Origin: Candidatus Pelagibacter sp.
GTDB taxonomy: Bacteria > Pseudomonadota > Alphaproteobacteria > Pelagibacterales > Pelagibacteraceae
Length of the DNA stretch: 64,000 bases
Assembly (NCBI RefSeq): GCF_052046145.1
Contig: NZ_JBNGZR010000001.1
Span: 1,031,199 to 1,095,198, forward strand
Direction of reading: 5' to 3'
Part shown: positions 12,216-20,962 of the stretch, in pieces
How positions within the stretch are numbered: position 1 is the stretch's first letter
Layout: the number at the start of each line of letters is the position of its first letter
Notes under the pieces: model-generated
Database searches by the model: none
Told to the model about the DNA's origin: nothing
Seen by the model: the letters and a program-made list of their open reading frames with translations, nothing else
Position numbers and translations under genes: made by a program

Positions 12216-13948
12216 AGAAATCTGAAATTTATAAAAGATTATGGAATGATTATTCAAAAATTTATTTAAATAAAATTTTTTTGTCAGGTTTTTTTTCAAT
12301 ATTAGTAGCAGGCAGCACCTCATCTATTGCATGGCTTCTAGATCCAGCAATTAAAAAACTTTTCATTGAAAAAGATCAAACGTTAATATTTTTCATTCCA
12401 TTGTTAATTATTCTTGCTTTTACAACAAAAGGTTTATCATTATATTTTGCAAAATCTATTATGATTGGTGTTGGCGAGGCGATTAAAAAGAAATTGCAGT
12501 ATGATATGATAAATACTCTAATTGGAACTGATACACAAATAATAGACAAAAAACACTCAGGAAAATTTATTTCAAATTTAACATATGATGTTATGCATAT
12601 TACAAATTTATTAAGTACAGCAGTATTGTCCTTATTCAAAGATTCTCTTACTTTAATAGGATTATTAGCTGTAATGTTTTTTCAGAATTGGAAACTAGCA
12701 TTAATATCAATTGTAATGATACCACTTGCAAGTATTTCAGCAAAAACTCTCGGTAAAAGAATGAGCAAGGTAGCGACTGAGGCTCAAGAAAAATCAGGTT
12801 TTTTAACAACTTATTTAGTTGAATTATTTAAAAATCATAAATTAATTAAAATCTTTCAAAAAGAAGATTACGAAAAGGAAAGAGCAAACCTACATTTATC
12901 AGAATTGAAAGAAAAAAATCAAAAAATACAAACCGTATTTATAAGAATATCTCCAATAATGGAAATATTAACAGGCATAATGATTGCTGTTTTAATTTTT
13001 TATTCAGGAAAGCTTATGGCTAATGGAGAAGTTGATATAAATAATTTTTTCTCCTTCTTAGCCGCTATGATGTTAGCATATCAACCTGTCAGAGCACTAT
13101 CAACTTTAAATATAACCTTAAATCAAGGTTTATCTGCTGCTTCAAGGATTATACCTATTATTGATCAAAAAAATAATATTATTGATATAAATAACGCTGA
13201 TACTCTTAATGTTAAAAATTCAGATATAAAATTTAAAAACCTTAAATTTTCTTATGAAACAGATGAAAAGACTACATTAAATTCTATTAACCTTGAATTC
13301 ATAGGAGGAAAAATGACTTCACTAGTAGGGCATAGTGGATCAGGAAAATCGACAATTTTAAATTTAATACCAAGATTTTATGATGCACAATCTGGAGATA
13401 TAACTATAGATAATCAATCCATTTATAAAATCAAAATTGAGTCTCTTAGAAACGAAATATCAATGGTAAGTCAAGAAACTACTTTGTTTGATGATACAAT
13501 TAAAAATAATATTAAATACGCGAATGAGCATGCAACAAATGAGGAGGTCTACAAAGTTGCAAAACTCTCATTTTGTGAGGAGTTTATTAATAAACTTCCA
13601 AATAAATATGAAACTTTAATAGGAGAAAATGGTGTTAGATTATCTGGAGGTGAAAAACAAAGGCTATCTATAGCTAGAGCGATGTTAAAAAAGAGTTCAA
13701 TCATATTATTAGATGAAGCAACATCATCATTGGACTCTGAAACAGAAAATAAAATACAAGAAGCATTGAAAATTTTAACAAGAAACAAAACTACAATTGT
13801 TATTGCTCATAGACTATCAACAATTTTAAATTCAAATAATATTTATGTAATTGATTCTGGACAAGTAGTAGATAGTGGCAAACATAATGACCTAATGAAT
13901 AAGTCAGAGTTGTATAAGAGTTTTTATGAAAAACAAATTCAAAAATAA
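12212..13948 (+). CDS. msbA: MsbA-type ABC exporter (TMD+NBD)
   Basis: GHSGSGKST, LSGGEKQR, LLDEATSSLD, IAHRLST; adjacent to waaA-lpxK-lpxL. Confidence 0.85.
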   Translation: MKKSEIYKRLWNDYSKIYLNKIFLSGFFSILVAGSTSSIAWLLDPAIKKLFIEKDQTLIFFIPLLIILAFTTKGLSLYFAKSIMIGVGEAIKKKLQYDMINTLIGTDTQIIDKKHSGKFISNLTYDVMHITNLLSTAVLSLFKDSLTLIGLLAVMFFQNWKLALISIVMIPLASISAKTLGKRMSKVATEAQEKSGFLTTYLVELFKNHKLIKIFQKEDYEKERANLHLSELKEKNQKIQTVFIRISPIMEILTGIMIAVLIFYSGKLMANGEVDINNFFSFLAAMMLAYQPVRALSTLNITLNQGLSAASRIIPIIDQKNNIIDINNADTLNVKNSDIKFKNLKFSYETDEKTTLNSINLEFIGGKMTSLVGHSGSGKSTILNLIPRFYDAQSGDITIDNQSIYKIKIESLRNEISMVSQETTLFDDTIKNNIKYANEHATNEEVYKVAKLSFCEEFINKLPNKYETLIGENGVRLSGGEKQRLSIARAMLKKSSIILLDEATSSLDSETENKIQEALKILTRNKTTIVIAHRLSTILNSNNIYVIDSGQVVDSGKHNDLMNKSELYKSFYEKQIQK

Positions 13949-13950
13949 AT

Positions 13951-15201
13951 ATGTTTTTAATTTATCAAATTATTATTTCTTTGCTCATAATAATTTCTCC
14001 TTTTGTTATTATCTTTAGAATTTTTAAAAAAAAAGAGGATAAAAAAAGATTTATTGAAAAATTTAGCATATCGACAGTTAAAAGAAGAAAAGGTAAAATT
14101 ATATGGTTTCATGGTGCTAGTGTAGGTGAAGTTCTAAGTATTATACCAATCATAAAATATTATGAAAAAAAAAAATCTATTGACCAAATATTAATCACCT
14201 CATCTACACTAAGTTCTTCATATGTTTTAAAAAAATTTAATTTTAAAAAAACTGTTCATCAATTTTATCCTATTGATCATTTTTTGTTTACAAAGAATTT
14301 TTTAAACTATTGGAAACCAAGTTTGGCAATTTTTATAGAGTCAGAAATATGGCCTTATATGTTTAAAAATTTACAAAAAAAAAAAATTCCTTTAATTTTA
14401 TTAAATGCAAGAATTACAAACAAAACCTTTAATCGATGGTTAAAAATTAAATTTTTCTCAAAATTAATTTTTAAAATGGTAACAATTGCCTATCCACAAA
14501 ATATTGAAACCAAATATTTTTTAAAAAAAATAAACACCAAAAAAATAAATCTCATAGGAAATCTCAAATTTGCTGCAAATCCAGAAGAGAATTTCATAAT
14601 AAAAAATAAAAAATTACAATCTGAATTTAATAGAAATAAAATTTGGGTAGCCTCTAGCACACATAAAAATGAAGAAATTTTTTGCGCCTATGCTCACAAA
14701 GAACTTAAAAAAAAAATTAAAAACCTAATTACTATAATTATTCCTCGACATGTACATAGAGCAAATGAAATAGCATTAGAAATGAAAAAAATTGATTTAA
14801 AAGTAGCTTATCACAGCTCAAAAATTAAAACTTTAAAAAATATTGATATTTATATTGTTGATACATTTGGTGAGACTAAATTATTTCATAAAATCAGTTC
14901 CACAGTCTTTTTAGGAGGATCTATAATTAATAGAGGGGGACAGAACCCTCTAGAAGCTGCAAGATTAGGATCAAAAATACTACATGGACCTAATACAGAT
15001 AATTTTAAGGATGTATATAAGCATTTAGAGTTATTAAATATTGCTAAAAAAATTAATACACCATTGCAACTTGCATCATCAATTGTTTTTAAAAAAAATA
15101 AAAATTCAGGTAAAAAAATAAAACAAATAGGAAAAAAAATTTTAAAGAAAACTATAAATGAATTAAATTATCTAATTAATAATGAATTTAAAAAAACCTA
15201 A
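13951..15201 (+). CDS. waaA: Kdo transferase
   Basis: IWFHGASVGE, FIESEIWP, LLNARI, ASSTHKNEE, PRHVHR, GGQNPLEAA. Confidence 0.94.
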   Translation: MFLIYQIIISLLIIISPFVIIFRIFKKKEDKKRFIEKFSISTVKRRKGKIIWFHGASVGEVLSIIPIIKYYEKKKSIDQILITSSTLSSSYVLKKFNFKKTVHQFYPIDHFLFTKNFLNYWKPSLAIFIESEIWPYMFKNLQKKKIPLILLNARITNKTFNRWLKIKFFSKLIFKMVTIAYPQNIETKYFLKKINTKKINLIGNLKFAANPEENFIIKNKKLQSEFNRNKIWVASSTHKNEEIFCAYAHKELKKKIKNLITIIIPRHVHRANEIALEMKKIDLKVAYHSSKIKTLKNIDIYIVDTFGETKLFHKISSTVFLGGSIINRGGQNPLEAARLGSKILHGPNTDNFKDVYKHLELLNIAKKINTPLQLASSIVFKKNKNSGKKIKQIGKKILKKTINELNYLINNEFKKT

Positions 15202-16108
15202 TTTTTGGGATAAAAAGAGACCAAATATATTGGCATATTTATTATTTCCAGCAGCATTAATAATACAAATTTTTAATTATCTTAAAAAAAAACCGGATAA
15301 TGCTAAAATGAATATCAAAACTATTTGTGTAGGAAATTTTTATATCGGTGGCACTGGTAAAACTTCATTATGTATTAAAATAAATAAAATCTTTAAAAAA
15401 AGAAAAATTAAATCCTGCTTTATTAAAAAGTCTTATAAAAATCAAGCTGATGAGCAAAAACTTTTAAGTAATTATGGTAAGCTATTTTTATCCTCATATA
15501 GAAGAAAAGCTTTACAAAATGCCATTGATGAAAATTATGAAGTAGCGATACTTGATGATGGAATTCAAGATAAATCTATTACATACGATTTAAGTTTTAT
15601 TTGTTTTAATAATATTAACTGGATAGGAAATGGAATGACTATTCCTGCTGGACCATTAAGGGAGGATATAGGAAATTTGAAGAATTATGATCACGTATTT
15701 TTAAATGGCAATTTAGAAAATTTAGATGAAATAAAAACACAAATACTAAAAATTAATTCTAAAATAAATATTCATTTAGGAAAATATGAGATTACAAATT
15801 TAAACGAATTTAAAAAAGAAAATGATTATTTGGTATTTTCTGGAATTGGCAATCATGCAACCTTTGTTGCGATGCTTAAAGAACATGGATTTAAAATTAA
15901 AAAAGATTTAGAATTTTCTGACCATTATCAATACAATGGAAATGATTTAAATAAAATCATTTCAGAAGCAGAATTATTAAATTGCAAAATAATTACAACT
16001 GAAAAGGATTTTTTAAGATTAAATGAAAAAAATGATAGTAAAATAAAATTTATAAAATCAGAATTAAAAATAATTGATGAGGAGAAACTAATTAAATTTA
16101 TTAATTAA
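15182..16108 (+). CDS. lpxK: Tetraacyldisaccharide 4'-kinase
   Basis: VGNFYIGGTGKT, ADE, ILDDGIQD, PAGPLRE, FSDH, TTEKD. Confidence 0.94.
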   Translation: MNLKKPNFWDKKRPNILAYLLFPAALIIQIFNYLKKKPDNAKMNIKTICVGNFYIGGTGKTSLCIKINKIFKKRKIKSCFIKKSYKNQADEQKLLSNYGKLFLSSYRRKALQNAIDENYEVAILDDGIQDKSITYDLSFICFNNINWIGNGMTIPAGPLREDIGNLKNYDHVFLNGNLENLDEIKTQILKINSKINIHLGKYEITNLNEFKKENDYLVFSGIGNHATFVAMLKEHGFKIKKDLEFSDHYQYNGNDLNKIISEAELLNCKIITTEKDFLRLNEKNDSKIKFIKSELKIIDEEKLIKFIN

Positions 16109-16110
16109 TT

Positions 16111-16971
16111 ATGAAATATATTAAATATTTTTTTGAATTTTTATTCTCAATTTTTTTCTTTATTTTTTTTAAAATTATTGGACCTAAACTATCTTCAAAT
16201 ATAAGTGGAAAAATATTTGAAATGATCGGTCCTTTTTTTAGATCAAAAAAAGTAATTCATAATAACATAAAAAGAGCTTTGCCTGAAATTGATGAAACTA
16301 ATTTAAAGAATATTGAAAACTCGATGTGGAATAATTATGGAAGAATTTTTGCAGAGTATATTTTTCTCAAAGATTTTAGATATGGAAAATTGGCTTCTGA
16401 AGTACAAATTGAAGGTAAAGAAATTTTAAATGATATTAAAGAAAACAACAAACAAGTAATTTTTATTTCTGGTCATTTGAGTAATTTTGAACTTATGGCA
16501 ATGTTTATAGAAAAATCTGGTATAAACTTATCTGCTATTTATCGCCCTTTAAATAATATATTTTTAAATGTAATAATGGAAAGTATTAGAAAAAAATATA
16601 TTTGTAAAAATCAAATTAAAAAAGGTTTAGCTGGATTAAAAAAATTAATTAAATTAAAAAAAAAAAATTACTCTACTGCTCTAATGATTGACCAGAGAGT
16701 GTCGGAGGGCATCTTATCACCTTTATTTAAAGAAAAAGCACTTACCACCACTATACCAGCTCAGTTAGTTAAAAAATTCAATATACCAATAGTCCCTGTT
16801 TATATTGAAAGGATTAATGGGTTAAAATTCAAAATTACTATAAATCAACCTCTTTTCTTTCCTCAAAACTTAACCCAACAACAAATAACTGACAATTTAA
16901 ATCAAATTCTTGAAAAGTTTATTTTAAGTAAGCCAGAGAATTGGATATGGTCGCACAATAGATGGAAATAA
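16111..16971 (+). CDS. lpxL: Lipid A late acyltransferase (LpxL/HtrB family)
   Basis: GHLSNFE, IYRPLNN, LMIDQR, PENWIWSHNRWK. Confidence 0.88.
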   Translation: MKYIKYFFEFLFSIFFFIFFKIIGPKLSSNISGKIFEMIGPFFRSKKVIHNNIKRALPEIDETNLKNIENSMWNNYGRIFAEYIFLKDFRYGKLASEVQIEGKEILNDIKENNKQVIFISGHLSNFELMAMFIEKSGINLSAIYRPLNNIFLNVIMESIRKKYICKNQIKKGLAGLKKLIKLKKKNYSTALMIDQRVSEGILSPLFKEKALTTTIPAQLVKKFNIPIVPVYIERINGLKFKITINQPLFFPQNLTQQQITDNLNQILEKFILSKPENWIWSHNRWK

Positions 16972-16973
16972 GT

Positions 16974-17171
16974 TTATTTTTTGTTTGTGTCTGATCTTTT
17001 TTTATCCGCTTCCATATATGAGAAATATGGTTCTTGTAATTCTACATTCCAATAAGTTAAATTTTCTAGATCAATTCTCTTTCCAGAGACAGCACATTCA
17101 ACATAATCCCCTTGTTCAATAATTTGAAAATTATTTGGTAAATATTTTATTTTTGCTAATTTTTTTTTCAT
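16974..17171 (-). CDS. DUF2093 family small protein (start re-set to MKKKLAK, 65 aa)
   Basis: GDYVECAVSGKRIDLENLTYWNVELQEPY pattern; the longer track ORF overlaps the purD start head-to-head. Confidence 0.8.
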   Translation of the reverse strand: MKKKLAKIKYLPNNFQIIEQGDYVECAVSGKRIDLENLTYWNVELQEPYFSYMEADKKRSDTNKK

Positions 17172-17192
17172 TTTTAGTTTATACAGTTTTAT

Positions 17193-18455
17193 ATGAAAGT
17201 TGGAATAATAGGAAGTGGTGGAAGAGAACACGCAATATGTCAAAGTTTAAAGAATTCCAACAAAATCAATAAAATATTTTGTTTTCCAGGAAATGCTGGA
17301 ACTCAGCAAATTGCAGAAAACGTTAAAATTGATCTTGAGAAATTTGAAAATTTAAAAAACTTTATTTTTGAAAATAAAATTGAATTAATAATTGTAGGTC
17401 CAGAGAAACCGTTAGTTGATGGTTTGGTGGATTATTTAGAAAAATTTCAAATAAAAGTCTTTGGACCAAATAAATTTTCCTCTCAACTTGAAGGATCGAA
17501 AATTTTTACTAAAGAACTTTGTAAAAAATATAAAATTCCAACTGCTAAGTTTGGAATTTTTGAAGATAGTAGTAAAGCAAAAAATTTTGTCAATAATTCC
17601 AATTTTCCAATAGTTGTTAAAGCAGATAATCTAGCTTCTGGAAAAGGAGTTTATATTTGTCATAGTAAAGAGGAAGCAGAAACAGCAATAGATGAAATTT
17701 TTAATGGAAAGTTTGGTATAGCTAAAAATATTTTAATAGAAGAGTTTCTAAAAGGTGAGGAAATGAGTTTTTTTACTATTCATGATGGTGTCTCATTTAA
17801 AACATTTGAAACTGCACAAGATCATAAAAGAGTTTTGGAAGGCGATAAAGGGAAAAATACTGGAGGTATGGGCGCCTACTCTCCCTCAAGGTTAATTAAT
17901 AATGAACTAGAGAAAAAAATTATAAATAAAATAATTAATCCTACCCTAAAAGGTTTATCGGAAATGGGATCTGAGTATAAGGGTTTTTTATACACAGGAT
18001 TAATGATTGTAGATAATGAACCTTATTTAATTGAGTATAATGTGAGAATGGGTGATCCTGAATGTCAAACTATACTTCCAAGATTAAAAACAGATCTTAT
18101 TGATATATTTTTAGCCTGTTGTGAAAAAGAGCTTAAAGAAATTAATATTGAATGGAAAAATGCAAAAAGTTTATGTGTTGTTTTGTGCTCGAATGGTTAT
18201 CCCGATGCATTTAAAAAAAATATTCAAATTAATAACTTAAATAATATTAAACTTAATTTAGATAACTATATGTTTCATGCGGGTACTATAAAAAAAAATG
18301 AAAAAATTTTAGCAGTTGGAGGAAGAGTTTTAAATTTTGTTAGTCTTTCAAATGATTTCAAAATAGCTAAAAAAAATGTAGTGGAAAATTTAGAAAAATT
18401 AAACTGGACTGGTGGTTTTTTTAGGAAAGATATAGGTTATAAGGTTGTTGAATAA
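17193..18455 (+). CDS. purD: Phosphoribosylamine-glycine ligase
   Basis: GSGGREHA, QLEGSK, QDHKR..GD.G.NTGGMGAY, EYNVRMGDPE. Confidence 0.98.
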   Translation: MKVGIIGSGGREHAICQSLKNSNKINKIFCFPGNAGTQQIAENVKIDLEKFENLKNFIFENKIELIIVGPEKPLVDGLVDYLEKFQIKVFGPNKFSSQLEGSKIFTKELCKKYKIPTAKFGIFEDSSKAKNFVNNSNFPIVVKADNLASGKGVYICHSKEEAETAIDEIFNGKFGIAKNILIEEFLKGEEMSFFTIHDGVSFKTFETAQDHKRVLEGDKGKNTGGMGAYSPSRLINNELEKKIINKIINPTLKGLSEMGSEYKGFLYTGLMIVDNEPYLIEYNVRMGDPECQTILPRLKTDLIDIFLACCEKELKEINIEWKNAKSLCVVLCSNGYPDAFKKNIQINNLNNIKLNLDNYMFHAGTIKKNEKILAVGGRVLNFVSLSNDFKIAKKNVVENLEKLNWTGGFFRKDIGYKVVE

Positions 18456-19021
18456 TGAGAATAATATCTGGCTCTTTTAAAGGAAAAAAAATTTTAGAAC
18501 CAAAAGATAAAAAGACACGACCTCTAAAGGATTTAGCAAAAGAATCTATTTTTAATATCATTAACCACTCAAATAAATTTAAAATTGATTTTAATAATTC
18601 TACTATTTTAGATTTATTTTCTGGAGTTGGGTCTTTTGGTCTAGAATGCTTATCAAGAGGAGTAAAAGAAGTATTTTTTATAGAAAATTATATAGGAGTT
18701 TTACCAATTTTAGAAAAAAATCTATCCAACTTAAAGTCAATCAATAATTGTAAAATAATAAAAAAAGATATTTATAAAGATGATATTTTTAATAACTTTG
18801 AAAATAAATTTGATATTATTTTTTTAGATCCACCATACAAAGATAAAAATATAAATATAATATTTGAAAAGATTACTGATTATAAAATACTTAAAAAAAA
18901 CGCCATTATTATTCTTCATAGACATCATAAAGAAGAAGATATTTTTCCAAAAAACTTCAAAATCATAGAAGAAAAAAAATATGGAATTTCAAAGATAATT
19001 TTTTTATCCAATTTAAGTTAA
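18455..19021 (+). CDS. rsmD: 16S rRNA m2G966 methyltransferase
   Basis: MRIISG, TRP, LDLFSGVG..GLECLSRG, DIIFLDPPY. Confidence 0.93.
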   Translation: MRIISGSFKGKKILEPKDKKTRPLKDLAKESIFNIINHSNKFKIDFNNSTILDLFSGVGSFGLECLSRGVKEVFFIENYIGVLPILEKNLSNLKSINNCKIIKKDIYKDDIFNNFENKFDIIFLDPPYKDKNINIIFEKITDYKILKKNAIIILHRHHKEEDIFPKNFKIIEEKKYGISKIIFLSNLS

Positions 19022-20164
19022 AATTTTTTTTGTTTCTTTCTTAATTAATTCAACAGCTGGTTGATCATAAGGGTTTAATTTTAGTGCCTTACCAAGTAAA
19101 ATTGTTTCTAAAATAAAAAAGGAAAACAATTCCCCTAAAGTTTTTTCATCCCTTTTTTTAATTTCAAAACTTCTAAATGGTATATTTTTTTTCAAAAAAA
19201 TATTTTCACTGGCTTTTTTTTGAGAATAAATAATTTTTGATATTGATTTATTTTTTAAGAATTTATGTGATGGTAATATAATTTTATTATTTAGTTTTTT
19301 TGATTTTTTTTCATAAACATAAAAGAATGTATAAAAATTATTTTGAAAACCATCTAAATAAAGTTGCATTACACTATGGTTATCTTTTGGCATATTTGAT
19401 ACTATTGGCAAAAGTCCTTTTTTTTTCTTACCTAAACTTTCTGCAACTAGTTGTTGATACCATTTAAATAAACTTTCAGACTTTTCGTCATAATTAATAA
19501 TTATAGAATTAAACTTTCTTTTTTTAATATAATAAAGTATTGAACCAACATTGGTAATAAGTGAATTTAAAAATCTTCTATTTTTTATTAAAGAATTAAA
19601 TTGTCTAAAATTTTTAGATTTTAAACCCATCAATTCGGCTGGTAACATTCCTACTTCAGATAAAACTGAATACCTTCCACCAATATAATTATTATGATGG
19701 ACGATTTCTCCTTTGAGATTTTCTGCTAATCGATAAAGATAATTCTTTTTGTTTTCGGTGACAAAAATATTTCTATTATTTTTCTTTATAATTATATTTG
19801 AATTTGTAATCGTCTCAATTGTATTTCCCGATTTTGACACGATTATATTAACAGTTTTTTTTTTACTTTGAGATAAAGTATTCTGAAGATTATCAATAAA
19901 TAAAAAATTTTTTTTTATTTTATGTTGTAAAAATTCATAAATTGTTCGAGTTCCAAGTATTGAACCCCCCATTCCTATTATTCTGTAATTTGAAAATGCT
20001 TTATACTTATTAATTAAATTTTTTTTATAACTATCTTGATAATTTTTACTTAATGAGTTAAGTATCTCATTTTTATCATTAATAATTAATTGTAAATTTT
20101 TTCTTAGTTTAAAAGACTTGTTTTTTTTTTTAAAATTAACAAAGCTAATACCCGAGGTTAGCAT
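19013..20164 (-). CDS. pgi: Glucose-6-phosphate isomerase (short form)
   Basis: IGMGGSILG, SKSGNTIET, GGRYSVLS, QLVAESLGK, YDQPAVE. Confidence 0.88.
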   Translation of the reverse strand: MLTSGISFVNFKKKNKSFKLRKNLQLIINDKNEILNSLSKNYQDSYKKNLINKYKAFSNYRIIGMGGSILGTRTIYEFLQHKIKKNFLFIDNLQNTLSQSKKKTVNIIVSKSGNTIETITNSNIIIKKNNRNIFVTENKKNYLYRLAENLKGEIVHHNNYIGGRYSVLSEVGMLPAELMGLKSKNFRQFNSLIKNRRFLNSLITNVGSILYYIKKRKFNSIIINYDEKSESLFKWYQQLVAESLGKKKKGLLPIVSNMPKDNHSVMQLYLDGFQNNFYTFFYVYEKKSKKLNNKIILPSHKFLKNKSISKIIYSQKKASENIFLKKNIPFRSFEIKKRDEKTLGELFSFFILETILLGKALKLNPYDQPAVELIKKETKKILT

Positions 20165-20481
20165 TAATTCTTAATTTTTTTTAATACTGACTGTTCTATA
20201 TTCGAATTACCATCTTCAGCATTATTCATTTCAGCATTTTCATTGTTTTTTTTTGATACAAGATCTTTTATTTTATTTTCATTGGTCTCTGCCGTTTTAT
20301 TATTCTGATCAGGTACAGGCAAATCATTATAATCTGGAGGCATTACAAGTGGTGATTTTTTTTCGACTAGAAATTCATCGCTGCTTGACTTTTTTTGATT
20401 TGTAAATCCTTCTTTAAGTGTTGAGCATGAATAAAGAAATAAAATTAATTTAAAAAAAACTAATATTTTAAAGTATTTCAT
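20164..20481 (-). CDS. DUF3035 family lipoprotein (start re-set to MKYFKIL)
   Basis: Lipobox LYSC; DEFLVEKKSPLVMPPDYNDLPVP; typical position downstream of lspA. Confidence 0.8.
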   Translation of the reverse strand: MKYFKILVFFKLILFLYSCSTLKEGFTNQKKSSSDEFLVEKKSPLVMPPDYNDLPVPDQNNKTAETNENKIKDLVSKKNNENAEMNNAEDGNSNIEQSVLKKIKN

Positions 20482-20962
20482 ATTTATTGTTTTTATTATT
20501 ACCAGTAATTTCAATTATTATCATAAAAATAACACCTAAAGTAATGAATATATCAGCCACATTAAATATGAACCAATGAAAATTTCCTATATGAAAATCT
20601 ATAAAATCTGGAACAGCTCCATAAAATATACGGTCATAAACATTTCCTATTGCACCTCCTAATATCATTAAAAAAGAGTATTTTTTAAGTCCATAACTCT
20701 TTAGAACCATAAAAAAAATTATTAAAATAATAATAAAAATTATAAAAGTTAATAAATTATAAATAATTTTATCATTGAACGATAATAAGCCAAATGCAAT
20801 TCCTTCATTCCAAATTAAACGTATATTCAAAAATTTTGAAGATAATATTTCAATTCCTAATAATTTATCATTTAAATAAATTACATAAGTTTTAGAAACC
20901 CTATCAAGTAAAAAAATTAAAAAAATAACAGATGAACTAATAAAAAAATTTTTTTTTATCAT
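20468..20962 (-). CDS. lspA: Lipoprotein signal peptidase (start re-set to MIKKNFF, ATGA overlap with ileS)
   Basis: LDRVSK, WNEGIAFG, GAIGNVYDR, VPDFIDF, FNVAD. Confidence 0.96.
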   Translation of the reverse strand: MIKKNFFISSSVIFLIFLLDRVSKTYVIYLNDKLLGIEILSSKFLNIRLIWNEGIAFGLLSFNDKIIYNLLTFIIFIIILIIFFMVLKSYGLKKYSFLMILGGAIGNVYDRIFYGAVPDFIDFHIGNFHWFIFNVADIFITLGVIFMIIIEITGNNKNNKYEIL

